64,000 nt of DNA, taken from the IMG/VR virus record IMGVR_UViG_3300028897_000592; one strand, written 5' to 3'. The stretch's first letter is position 1. Every line of letters starts with the position of its first letter. A program made the translations under genes and the position numbers. This stretch comes from an uncultured virus (IMG/VR IMGVR_UViG_3300028897_000592). Its lineage: Duplodnaviria > Heunggongvirae > Uroviricota > Caudoviricetes. Below are positions 39,100-48,502 of the stretch, one piece after another. Under the pieces are notes generated by a model. The model had not been told where the DNA came from and searched no databases. It worked only from the letters and a program-made list of their open reading frames with translations.

Positions 39100-39643
39100 T
39101 ACCCAAAATCAAACATACACTTTCCACCAAACTGTCACGAAGAATCTTATAGGAATCTTCAAGAATTTTTCCAGTCCAGCTATTCAGTTCTTTATAGTTC
39201 TTAGATTCACTGATTGTTCTAGCAACTAAAAGATTATCAACTGCTAAACTAAAAGCCTTTTCTCTGATTTTGTTTTCTACTACTTTTGTAACAATAATGT
39301 TTTCATCTTCTTGAATCATCCTGCGTAACTCTGTTTTAATACTGTCTCGTGATTTCTTCGATTTAACTATTCTTTCAGCATTCTCTCTAGCAAGTTTCGC
39401 ACTTTTTCTTGCATTTTTCATAATATCTTTAGTAGTAATTCTCTCAGTAATTTTCTCGGGTGAGTGTTTAACTACCTTCAACATCTCAACAACTACAGAC
39501 ATTAAAGCACCTTTAACAGATATATATTCATGTCGAATAGTAGGGCAACAAGTTTCTAATTTTGTCAAAGGTTTCCCAAAAAATATGTAGTCTAGAGCAT
39601 AAAAATTCTCAAGGACTCTAATTTTAGATTCTTTAGTTAACAT
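39086..39643 (-). CDS. hypothetical protein
   Basis: GGAGG RBS; 185 aa. Confidence 0.65.
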   Translation of the reverse strand: MLTKESKIRVLENFYALDYIFFGKPLTKLETCCPTIRHEYISVKGALMSVVVEMLKVVKHSPEKITERITTKDIMKNARKSAKLARENAERIVKSKKSRDSIKTELRRMIQEDENIIVTKVVENKIREKAFSLAVDNLLVARTISESKNYKELNSWTGKILEDSYKILRDSLVESVCLILGNENK

Positions 39644-39645
39644 AA

Positions 39646-39969
39646 TTAGTTTCCTCCTTGTTTTTTGTAAGTAAAACCTGAAGTCTCATCTTCAAGAACT
39701 TCTAATGAAATTCTTCTAGGGTCATCAGGAAAATTAGTATTTTTAATCGCTAAACTCAAGTCTTTAAGCGCATCTATATTACGACCTCTTTTCCCAATTA
39801 TCTTTCCACAATCGGTTTGTGAAACCTTAATTTGTACAATAATTGTTTTTGTAGAAACAGAAACTTCTATACTAACTTCTTCTGGTTTATCAACCATTTT
39901 CCGAATAGTTTCTCCAATCCAATCTTTTAACAATGCTGTCATTTCCGTCATAGCTATTTCTCCTTTCAT
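39646..39969 (-). CDS. khpA: KH-domain RNA-binding protein KhpA-like
   Basis: MVDKPEEV...DCGKIIGKRGRNIDAL; real start may be 39951. Confidence 0.85.
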   Translation of the reverse strand: MKGEIAMTEMTALLKDWIGETIRKMVDKPEEVSIEVSVSTKTIIVQIKVSQTDCGKIIGKRGRNIDALKDLSLAIKNTNFPDDPRRISLEVLEDETSGFTYKKQGGN

Positions 39970-40034
39970 AGAACCAAAGTAATTTTTTGTATTTCCTGAC
40001 CTTCTTTGTATTTTGTTCTATAAACTAGTTCTAA

Positions 40035-41267
40035 TTAGATAGGATCCCCTTCTACTTCTTTATTATATTTCTCAATAATATCTACCTTTATAGCGTCTTC
40101 AACTTCTTTATCAAATACTTCTTTAAACTTAGAATCAGTGGAATATAAAGATAGAGAATCTTTAGTACGAAACTTTTTATCCGGCAAAGAAATAAGATAA
40201 TTCCACGGACCAGTTTGAAGTCGCTTAGTTTCCATTAAAAAATGATAATTAGACCAAAAATTTGAAAACCCTGTTCTAAAATTACCAACCAATGAAACAG
40301 TAACGTTTGGCGCAAAAAGTTTATTCTTTACTGTTTTAGCGGATACCAATATTCCATCAAACCCATATTTATCTTTATCTAAAACTCCCTTTGTTTTTAA
40401 CTCGACTAACTGAAACGCATTAAATCGTAGAACATTTCCACCCGGCATTTCTTTTCCAGTAGTCATAAATCTTAGTTCTTTTGCAACTGGAAATTGTCCT
40501 AATTGTATAACATCACGTAACTGATTAACCGTCAGTAAAGAGATATTATACTTAGCACATTTAGCAACATATTTAGGAATTAAAACCGATAGTACTCTAG
40601 CTTTATATCCAATAACTGAATTGATATCATCAACTTCTCTTTCTTTTTGTGAAAGAGTATTCGCAATACTATCCCAAATAATCATAGAAGGAACATCAAC
40701 TAAACCCTTCTCTTCTTTAAATAAACATACCCCTTCTATAAACTTAAAAACTTTCTCTACAGTCATATCAGAATACGGAGTAATTTTTGGGTTTCGAACA
40801 CCCAAATTTGACATTCTTATAGAAGTAGTAGCTTCCTCAGAATCTAGGAAAGCAGCGATTAACTTTCCTTTATATACTCGTTGTCCATTTCCCATCGCTT
40901 GTATTGCCAACATACTTTTCCCCGATCCAGGCTGTCCAACAATAATATTCAATGAACCAATAGCAAAACCACCACCGAGAATTGCGTCAAGAACTTGAAT
41001 ACCAGTTGGAATAGTAAACTTAACTCCTGTATCTGGTTTAATATCTGTTTTCTTTTGTAGGAAAGAACTTAACTCCGAATACAAAACATGTGCTTGTTCT
41101 TCTTCTGTCATTTTATCAAGATCTAAGGGTTTTTCTTCTTTGTCTGTCTTAACTTTGACACTTTCAAGAATCTCTCGTTCTACATTTTCATCCGGTTTCT
41201 CATATAAATCTTCTACTTGTAAGTCTTCTTCTTTAACGTTACCTTCTTCTTCAACAATCTTATCCAT
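40035..41267 (-). CDS. recA: RecA/UvsX-like recombinase
   Basis: IPTGIQVLDAILGGG, GQPGSGKS, FLDSE, IWDSIA, NQLR, PGGNVLRF, KNKL. Confidence 0.9.
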   Translation of the reverse strand: MDKIVEEEGNVKEEDLQVEDLYEKPDENVEREILESVKVKTDKEEKPLDLDKMTEEEQAHVLYSELSSFLQKKTDIKPDTGVKFTIPTGIQVLDAILGGGFAIGSLNIIVGQPGSGKSMLAIQAMGNGQRVYKGKLIAAFLDSEEATTSIRMSNLGVRNPKITPYSDMTVEKVFKFIEGVCLFKEEKGLVDVPSMIIWDSIANTLSQKEREVDDINSVIGYKARVLSVLIPKYVAKCAKYNISLLTVNQLRDVIQLGQFPVAKELRFMTTGKEMPGGNVLRFNAFQLVELKTKGVLDKDKYGFDGILVSAKTVKNKLFAPNVTVSLVGNFRTGFSNFWSNYHFLMETKRLQTGPWNYLISLPDKKFRTKDSLSLYSTDSKFKEVFDKEVEDAIKVDIIEKYNKEVEGDPI

Positions 41268-41290
41268 TTCTTTACAACCCCCCATCTAAG

Positions 41291-41734
41291 TTACTGTACG
41301 ACATTTTCTGAGTCTGAAATAATATCAACTCCTGACTCCGGTGGTTCTAAACTTTTTATTCTATCAGCACTTTTTTGAAACTCCTCAACTCGTTTTGCTA
41401 ACTTCCTTATATCAAACAAATCTTCGAGTCCCTCACTACCAGTATCTTTCATAATTCTCCTTCTCAATTCAATCTCATCTTTTAGACTATTACCAATTTC
41501 TTTTCTCATATCTAATAATGTTTTAAATAATTCAGTTACTGTTTTAACTTTTGTCTCAAAAATCCATCTATAATTTGTTTGAAGTTTATCCGGAAAAATT
41601 TTTCCGATATCAACCGCAATTTTCTCAAGATCAATTATCATATTCTGAATTTTATCACGAACATTTTTGAACTCTTTTAACAAGTCAGTTATAATTACTA
41701 CTTGTTCTTGATCTTCCATTGGACCTCCCCACAA
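41291..41734 (-). CDS. hypothetical coiled-coil protein
   Basis: ORF; probable start MEDQEQ. Confidence 0.6.
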   Translation of the reverse strand: MWGGPMEDQEQVVIITDLLKEFKNVRDKIQNMIIDLEKIAVDIGKIFPDKLQTNYRWIFETKVKTVTELFKTLLDMRKEIGNSLKDEIELRRRIMKDTGSEGLEDLFDIRKLAKRVEEFQKSADRIKSLEPPESGVDIISDSENVVQ

Positions 41735-41735
41735 A

Positions 41736-41927
41736 TTATTCTGTTATAATTTTCATTCTGCCAGTTTTATCAAGTTTATTACGAAAATGTCCACTCTCAA
41801 TCCTTCCATTAACTACAAAATCACACTTAAAAGTCGAGTTTCGATTTGGATTGGTTCCCTGACAATTTTCTACATACGGACATCTTTTTGAATGTGGACA
41901 AACTTCTTTTTCTCTAAGTAATAACAT
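41736..41927 (-). CDS. small Cys-rich protein
   Basis: CPHSKRCPY..C...C. Confidence 0.55.
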   Translation of the reverse strand: MLLLREKEVCPHSKRCPYVENCQGTNPNRNSTFKCDFVVNGRIESGHFRNKLDKTGRMKIITE

Positions 41928-41940
41928 TCTTCTTCCCTCG

Positions 41941-42369
41941 TTATGGTCCTACTGTAACAGTATCTTCCGAGTTTTCTCCTAAAGACGGACCCTCTTCTAT
42001 TACACTATCTACTTTATAAACAACAGGAGAAGCTAACGGAATCAATTCATACTCTACAATTCCATTTAAGATACTTATCCAAGTTTTTCTATTAAATGGA
42101 CCATCTGGTAAATCATTTCCTCGAAACCAATCTTCCCCTGCTAAAGACTTTCTCGTAGAAGCTTGACATCCTAAATAACTTCTTCCGTTCCCCCTGTCAA
42201 TTGCAACAATATGATATTTATGGTCATTTGTAAAAATATTAACAATTTTCTTATGTTCAGTGGGTCCTTTTACTGAGTCAGTGTCCTCTATAACCTTTAC
42301 AAACTTACCAAATTGACCACAACAAAGGTCACTTAACCACTTATCTAACATTTTCATTTTATTTTCCAT
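41941..42369 (-). CDS. hypothetical protein (YLGC...GEDW.RGNDLPDG)
   Basis: ORF with RBS. Confidence 0.65.
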   Translation of the reverse strand: MENKMKMLDKWLSDLCCGQFGKFVKVIEDTDSVKGPTEHKKIVNIFTNDHKYHIVAIDRGNGRSYLGCQASTRKSLAGEDWFRGNDLPDGPFNRKTWISILNGIVEYELIPLASPVVYKVDSVIEEGPSLGENSEDTVTVGP

Positions 42370-42389
42370 TTGTTATTCCCCCATAAAAG

Positions 42390-45326
42390 TTAAATCTCAC
42401 ATGTTCCCCTACTACACTTCATATCATTTTCAGATAAAGTATCATTGAAATTCTGAGTTTGTAACGCTTTAATAATCTCTTCTTTTGATAACCTATTGAA
42501 TACCTGTTCTGGACGTGAACCATCTACATATACAGTAACTCCCTTTAAATCTTTAATATATTCTAAAAGAAGCTTACTTAAATCATTTATTGAAGTATTA
42601 GACGGAAGATTAATTGTTTTTGAAACTGCTCCATCTACATATCTTTGAACAGCACTTTGAACCTCAAAATGATCCTGAGGTTTTAAATCATAAGTATCAA
42701 CAAACCATTCTGGAATTTCTTCTTCTTTTTGAATCAACTCTCTATATAATGGGTGTACATAAATTCTAGAACTAACACGGTCATTACGACGATAAGACTT
42801 AGAAAATAGTGGTTCAATACCACTTGTTACATCTGCTAGCAAAGAAATAGTTCCTGTTGGTGCTACAGACATACCAGTTACACATCTAACACCTTTCTCT
42901 TTTATGTCCATTCTAAGATTCACAGGAAGTTTCCTTATAAATGAAGATTTACAATAAGCTACTGGATCAAACTTTGGAAACGACCCTTTTTCAACTGCTA
43001 ACTCTATCAAAGATTGATAAACGCAGTCTCTGATAAACTTCATCGTACGTTCTATCTCTTGAACAGATTTATCGGAACCATAACGTAATTGTTTTGCAAA
43101 TAAATACTCAGCTAATGACATTATTCCCAATCCTATCCTTCTCGAATTGTGGGCTTTAATATCATTCTCTTTTAAAATATACTTATTGATGTCAATTACA
43201 TCATCTAAAAACCTCACCGCTAATTTTATCGTATTCTCTAGTTTTTTCCAATTTGTATTGATATTTCCAGTAATAAAATTTCTTAGAACCAAAGATCCTA
43301 AACAACATACATCATGTGGAGATAAAGTAGCTTCTCCACAATTTCTACTATTTACAAAATGTTGTTTTAAAGTTCCAATTCTAGTTTTGTCTTCACCAAC
43401 AAAAACATAAAAATTATGGTTTACATCAACAGTTCCATTATATATATCTTCATAACCATCTTCTTCTACTTTTACTACTTTAAAATTAGATGCAAATTTA
43501 TTACCAGTTAAAACTTTTAAATGTCTCTCAGATTTAGCAGAACAATCTCTAGAACAAAAAACTCGTTCTCTTCCCTCCCAAGAAACTATAAACTCTTTCC
43601 CGCAATGTTCACATTGTTTTCTAACTAGAATTCTATCTTTAAAAAAAATATCAAGATCTGTTTCTTTCTTCAATTTTAAATATCTCTTGTAGACATTAAT
43701 ATGATACTTATCAATATACACGACTTTCGCACTTCTTGAAGCTCCTTCAAGAAAAGAAGACATATTTCCAAAATCTTTATAGATATAAGAACTATCAAAC
43801 GGATATCCGTTCCTAATACAAAAGGTTTTCCACTCAAGATTATCTAATCGTCTCCCAACTTCTTTAGTTCGAACAACAGCAATCTCAAACATTTCTTCTG
43901 GAGTATAACCTTTAGAATTACCATTATTCGTTCCATAAAATTTATGTTTCAAAAAATAATTCCTCTCAGGAAAGCGATGCATTGGATTTTTCTCTCCAAT
44001 CATATCTTCTCGGTGTAAACTATCATGGTCAATTTTAAACATCACTTCTAAATTATCGGGTGAATTATTTGAATACTGATAATCCTTATGGTGTACAACT
44101 TCATTATTCTTTAATTTTCTTCCAATATTAAACTCAGCAACTATTCTATGTTCTGCTCGATTTGACTTCCAACCATTATTGATCCAAACATAGTTCTCTT
44201 TAGATGCTAACTGACTTCCTAAAACTTTATTAAGAGGGGCAACAGATTTAATCATATGATGTAATCTATCACCTTCAACTAAATCTCTAACTTCTTTTTC
44301 GTTTCCATTAAACAACGTAACTTTATGGGTTTCATTACAACGAAAATACATTCCATTATCCAAAAACACTTTTAGAATTTTTTGTTTATAACCAGTCTTT
44401 CTTGGTCGTCTCATCATTCTAACTTCTACTTGTCCGTTGACATTTAGACTAAACACTGGAACGTCTTTTCCTTCTTTTTCAAGATCCCTAAAAGATACCA
44501 ATTTCCTACCATCTGCAACAGCTACAAGAGTATCTCCAGTGTGGCACGGATTCGTGCTCACAACTGGGTCGTAATAGTAGGAATTGTTTTTCGTTAAGTA
44601 ACTATAATTTAAAAGACCAGGTTCAGCACATTTAATCATATTTTCTAATATCTTATCCCAAATAATACGCGCTTTAATTTTTCCATAACTTCTTTGTTTA
44701 AACTTAAACTCCCAGTCAGCATCAAGCTCAACAGCTTCAAGGAAGTCATAAGTTATAGCTACAGAAATATTATAATGAGAAAGTCTTCCATGTACTAGTT
44801 TCGCATCAATAAAATTCATTACTTCTGGATGTGAAACATCAACACAAGCTAAAGCAGCAGCTCGTCGACTTCCTCCAGACTCAATAGTATGCGATAAATG
44901 ATCAGACGCCTCTAAGAAGGAAACCAAACCAGAAGAGTAGCCACCCTTACCTAAAATCTCATCCCCCTTTGGACGAAGAGGTGAAAAATTACAACCAATA
45001 CCTCCACCTTCTGACCAAAGAATCAAACTCTCTTTCATAAACTGAGCAATTTCTTCTATAGAGTCACCAATCGGAAGAACATAACAATTAAATAAACTAC
45101 CCCTAGTTCTACCACTATTTCTTAAAATTCTACCTCCAGAAATAAAATCCATATAATATAACATCTCATGAAACTTGTCTCGATACTCCCGTTTCTTAGA
45201 TCCTTCTGCGTTTGAAACAGCGTCTGCAACTCTAAAGGTACACTTTTCCCAATCCTCTCCATTCATAAAGTATCTTGACTGAGCAACTTGTAAAGCATTT
45301 CCCGACAAAACTACTCCCTTAACCAT
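42390..45326 (-). CDS. nrdJ: class II (B12-type) ribonucleotide reductase containing an intein
   Basis: SGGRIL, LFNCYV, GGGIG, NP|CGE catalytic loop split by the intein, RRIGLG, APTGTIS, GIEP, VSKTIN, C-terminal CSRGTCEI; no beta subunit gene adjacent. Confidence 0.88.
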   Translation of the reverse strand: MVKGVVLSGNALQVAQSRYFMNGEDWEKCTFRVADAVSNAEGSKKREYRDKFHEMLYYMDFISGGRILRNSGRTRGSLFNCYVLPIGDSIEEIAQFMKESLILWSEGGGIGCNFSPLRPKGDEILGKGGYSSGLVSFLEASDHLSHTIESGGSRRAAALACVDVSHPEVMNFIDAKLVHGRLSHYNISVAITYDFLEAVELDADWEFKFKQRSYGKIKARIIWDKILENMIKCAEPGLLNYSYLTKNNSYYYDPVVSTNPCHTGDTLVAVADGRKLVSFRDLEKEGKDVPVFSLNVNGQVEVRMMRRPRKTGYKQKILKVFLDNGMYFRCNETHKVTLFNGNEKEVRDLVEGDRLHHMIKSVAPLNKVLGSQLASKENYVWINNGWKSNRAEHRIVAEFNIGRKLKNNEVVHHKDYQYSNNSPDNLEVMFKIDHDSLHREDMIGEKNPMHRFPERNYFLKHKFYGTNNGNSKGYTPEEMFEIAVVRTKEVGRRLDNLEWKTFCIRNGYPFDSSYIYKDFGNMSSFLEGASRSAKVVYIDKYHINVYKRYLKLKKETDLDIFFKDRILVRKQCEHCGKEFIVSWEGRERVFCSRDCSAKSERHLKVLTGNKFASNFKVVKVEEDGYEDIYNGTVDVNHNFYVFVGEDKTRIGTLKQHFVNSRNCGEATLSPHDVCCLGSLVLRNFITGNINTNWKKLENTIKLAVRFLDDVIDINKYILKENDIKAHNSRRIGLGIMSLAEYLFAKQLRYGSDKSVQEIERTMKFIRDCVYQSLIELAVEKGSFPKFDPVAYCKSSFIRKLPVNLRMDIKEKGVRCVTGMSVAPTGTISLLADVTSGIEPLFSKSYRRNDRVSSRIYVHPLYRELIQKEEEIPEWFVDTYDLKPQDHFEVQSAVQRYVDGAVSKTINLPSNTSINDLSKLLLEYIKDLKGVTVYVDGSRPEQVFNRLSKEEIIKALQTQNFNDTLSENDMKCSRGTCEI
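43341..44546 (-). mobile_element. intein (~402 aa) with an HNH endonuclease, in the RNR
   Basis: Starts CHTGDTLV after STNP and ends ...YNGTVDVNHNF...VNSRN before CGE; internal EHRIVAE...VVHHKD..SNNSPDNL. Confidence 0.9.
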
Positions 45327-45397
45327 AAATTTGTCTCCTCAACTATCACTTTCAACATAATTTTGTTCTAAATTTTACAAAAAATTTCTGAATCCAA

Positions 45398-46051
45398 TTA
45401 AACCATTTCTTCTACTTCTTTTCTTCCTTCTTCCTCACTAGAACTATGTTCTGAGTCAAGTTCTTTTAACACAGCCTGAAATTCTCCAATATGGACTTTC
45501 TCTTCTTTAGCAATATCAAGAAGCACTTTTCGAATTTTAGAGTTTTCAGTCTCTTCTGAAAATTGTTCATATAAATTAACGGCGTCAAACTCAGCGATAA
45601 TAGAAGCTCTTAAAATTTCTAAATCTTTTGGTGGGCCAGAAATCTCTGTATCGATAGGAATTTTCGACATCATTTCAGTGATTCCAGCTTCAGCTTCCAT
45701 TTTCTTTAATCTGGTATAATAATCAGGAACTTCAGCTAAATGGTCTTTTGCAATCCTCTCAGCAATTATTGGGTTTGTTGTATGTTCCATTTCAACTTTA
45801 ATTCCCATAGCTAATTCTTTAGGATCATATGTCCCAGTAAAATCTTTAGATCTTCCGGACCCAAAGATCGACCCCATTATCATATAAATATACTCTTCAA
45901 GTTTACTTTCATCAATTCCAAGTTTTTCTGCAAAGTCATGAACCTCAACGTCAGAAGGAGATGGATTATCTCGAAAGAAATCTAAAATTTTTCGGTAAAT
46001 CTCAAACTTTCCTTGTTCTTGAATAAATTGTATATACTGACTTAATTTCAT
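45398..46051 (-). CDS. fusion of a DUF5661-like domain and a ferritin/rubrerythrin-like domain
   Basis: ELAMGIKVEMEHT...IAKDHLAEVPDYYTRL; RASIIAEFDAVNLYEQ...DIAKEEKVHIGEF. Confidence 0.8.
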   Translation of the reverse strand: MKLSQYIQFIQEQGKFEIYRKILDFFRDNPSPSDVEVHDFAEKLGIDESKLEEYIYMIMGSIFGSGRSKDFTGTYDPKELAMGIKVEMEHTTNPIIAERIAKDHLAEVPDYYTRLKKMEAEAGITEMMSKIPIDTEISGPPKDLEILRASIIAEFDAVNLYEQFSEETENSKIRKVLLDIAKEEKVHIGEFQAVLKELDSEHSSSEEEGRKEVEEMV

Positions 46052-46098
46052 AACGATCGTCTCCTTAAAATCAAATCGTAATGTTTTTATAAAGTATT

Positions 46099-46257
46099 TT
46101 ATTTAACTGACATTCTAGAAGTTATCTCATTATACGCTTTCTCTAAAACTTTAAAATCACCATCAGACAAAGGACACCCTTCATATAAGTTTAAATAGAT
46201 TTTTTCAAATATTTCTCTTTCTTCTGGATCTAAATTTTTAAAAGAATCTATATTCAT
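46099..46257 (-). CDS. small hypothetical protein, 52 aa (not in ORF track)
   Basis: MNIDSFKNLDPEEREIFEK...; ATGA-coupled to the upstream gene. Confidence 0.55.
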   Translation of the reverse strand: MNIDSFKNLDPEEREIFEKIYLNLYEGCPLSDGDFKVLEKAYNEITSRMSVK

Positions 46258-46631
46258 ATTGCTACCAACATATCTTTATGACATTTCATACATTTTTTAG
46301 TTTCTTCTTTCGAAAGAAATGTCCTAATATACTTATCGGTTTCCATATCTAGTTGATACATAAAGAGTTCATTTTGCTTAAAATAACGATATCCAATAAG
46401 TTTTTGATTTACTAAAATATAAACACGAACTTCTTTAATCTTTGATTCTTTATCTGGATTAGATAAAACAGCTGTCCAAATTAGTGAACTTTCCCAACGT
46501 CCAGAACCCTCAACTTGTTTCCAATTAAGGAACTCTTTTGGGTCTATCTCTCCTTCATAAGTATAAGCAACTAGAAAAAAAGCTACAAGTACTAGGACCA
46601 AAAAAATAACGAACTTTTTAATCCTTTTCAT
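46254..46631 (-). CDS. secreted or membrane-anchored protein with a C-terminal CxxCH motif
   Basis: N-terminal signal/TM segment; KKCMKCHK. Confidence 0.6.
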   Translation of the reverse strand: MKRIKKFVIFLVLVLVAFFLVAYTYEGEIDPKEFLNWKQVEGSGRWESSLIWTAVLSNPDKESKIKEVRVYILVNQKLIGYRYFKQNELFMYQLDMETDKYIRTFLSKEETKKCMKCHKDMLVAI

Positions 46632-46644
46632 TTTTATAACTCTC

Positions 46645-47052
46645 CTAGCTTATTTTTCCTTTAAACAATAAGTAACTTCCTTCTGTTCCTTTCTCTTTAT
46701 AAATAGTTTTTGTGGCAATCAAATGATAAATACCCTTCATTTTCGATCCCTTAAAATTTATAACTATATGAGAAGGTAAAAATCTTTCAATTATACAAGA
46801 ACCACCATCCCATTTCTTAAGAGTCCCAGCACCATAACCAGACTCAATCTTACCAATAAACAAAGCTTCTTTTTCTGTATGGTCTTTTGTTCTTGATGCT
46901 AAAATCTTCGGACCAGTAATTAACGGAATCTTTTTTCTACAAGCGAAAGACGCCCACATAGTTGAACTCGGTAACTTAAAGCGGAGATCCCAATGTAATC
47001 CCGCTCTATGAGCTTTATGCTCAATAATGATAAATCTACTAGTTACAGTCAT
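46645..47052 (-). CDS. LigD-type 3'-phosphoesterase (stand-alone PE domain)
   Basis: FIIIEHKAHRAGLHWDLRF, SFA, TKDH, GYGAG...WDGG. Confidence 0.85.
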   Translation of the reverse strand: MTVTSRFIIIEHKAHRAGLHWDLRFKLPSSTMWASFACRKKIPLITGPKILASRTKDHTEKEALFIGKIESGYGAGTLKKWDGGSCIIERFLPSHIVINFKGSKMKGIYHLIATKTIYKEKGTEGSYLLFKGKIS

Positions 47053-47057
47053 TACAA

Positions 47058-47321
47058 TTAACTCATATTAAAATGTCTAGCAAAATCTCTATAAAGTTTT
47101 AAAGAACCTGCATCAATAAACGATTCGTATTTTGAACAAATTCGAACTTCAAGAGAAAAAGCAATAGGTATAGAAATACCTTCTCCACAAACTTTTTTAA
47201 CAAATTCACCTGCGTCTGTAACAGTAACCATCATACCATCATGAAAGGCTGCACAACCCTCACCAATACATGGTCCTTTTACATCTGGACAAAACTCAAT
47301 GACTCTCTCTTGTACATCCAT
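47058..47321 (-). CDS. hypothetical protein
   Basis: FCP...CIGEGCAAF. Confidence 0.55.
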   Translation of the reverse strand: MDVQERVIEFCPDVKGPCIGEGCAAFHDGMMVTVTDAGEFVKKVCGEGISIPIAFSLEVRICSKYESFIDAGSLKLYRDFARHFNMS

Positions 47322-47781
47322 TTACAAAGTCCTCTAATGCCATTCTAGCTAAACCATAGGCGTCCGCTAAATTATTATCATCCAAATCAACCCCCCACCT
47401 TTTATATACTTCTTTTAACATCAATTCTTTTTTACCCTGTCCTTTACCAGTCACAAATTTCTTTAAAGTTAGTGGAGGAATAATTACATATCTAATACCC
47501 TTTTGATACAAAAAAATTCTAAGAATAAAATGAAGAGCGCCAAGTTGCGCAACTGCCCGTCCATTTGACTGAAAACTTAACCCTTCAACATAAACATACT
47601 CAGGCCTTTCTTCTGTTAAAAGTTCTTCTAAAGACTTCTGAATTTTCTGTAAACGAACTTCGATTATGTCCTTTGAAATTGTAAAAATGTTAGAACTATT
47701 AACTATATAGGCTTCAGAATCTATACACATAAAACCAGTATTAGTTAAAGACAGGTCAACTCCAATAAAAAATCTTTTCAT
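47296..47781 (-). CDS. ruvC: RuvC-like Holliday junction resolvase
   Basis: IGVDLSLTNTG, VYVEG, LKKFVTGKG..KKE, DNNLADA. Confidence 0.9.
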   Translation of the reverse strand: MKRFFIGVDLSLTNTGFMCIDSEAYIVNSSNIFTISKDIIEVRLQKIQKSLEELLTEERPEYVYVEGLSFQSNGRAVAQLGALHFILRIFLYQKGIRYVIIPPLTLKKFVTGKGQGKKELMLKEVYKRWGVDLDDNNLADAYGLARMALEDFVNGCTRESH

Positions 47782-47784
47782 CTT

Positions 47785-48498
47785 TTAACCATGATCTATT
47801 ATTACATTCATCAATGGACCAAGACTTAACTTATCTATTAAGTCTTTCTTCTTATCTTTCCCCTCATCCATAATTTCTTTTGAAATAGGAATTTCTCCCC
47901 ACGGAGTCCTCATATTCTCATATTTTGCTCTAATCCTTCCGAGCATTATCATGATATCAGCCAAAGCAAACTCACAAAACAATACTTGAAATTCATTTGG
48001 AATTCCACTTAAATCTGGATTTTGTACCCGTTCATATTCAACAGTAACATACCTCAAATTAGCAGGAAAAGGAGAAATCCGAATCTTGTTTGGGTGCATA
48101 AACTCAAACGTAATATCAAAAGAAGAAAACATTTTAACATCCATACTAGTAGCAACAGCTAAAGCCCATTCTCTAAGTTCATTATGACTAAAAACACCTA
48201 GAGGAGGATGTCCATAAACCATATACTGACCAGAGTCAGAATATAAATCTACTACATTTAAAATTTCTAAACCCTGTTCATCAGAAATATAATATTCATT
48301 CGTCCTACCCGGAACTTTATTTGATTCTACTAAAAGGTTCAGATACGTCCGCTTTACTTCAGGAACATAATAAGAAAATTCTCGGAGACTATAAACTTCT
48401 ATATACTCTAATATCTCCTCATCCTCGAGTTCTAGCTGCATAAACGGGAAACCAAGATTCTGCTTAACGTAAGTTAATACTCTACTTTTATTTAACAT
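47785..48498 (-). CDS. neck/head-completion protein (T4 gp13-like)
   Basis: YVKQNLGFPFMQLEL N-terminus and GRIRAKY...G C-terminal pattern. Confidence 0.6.
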   Translation of the reverse strand: MLNKSRVLTYVKQNLGFPFMQLELEDEEILEYIEVYSLREFSYYVPEVKRTYLNLLVESNKVPGRTNEYYISDEQGLEILNVVDLYSDSGQYMVYGHPPLGVFSHNELREWALAVATSMDVKMFSSFDITFEFMHPNKIRISPFPANLRYVTVEYERVQNPDLSGIPNEFQVLFCEFALADIMIMLGRIRAKYENMRTPWGEIPISKEIMDEGKDKKKDLIDKLSLGPLMNVIIDHG

Positions 48499-48502
48499 TT
48501 TC

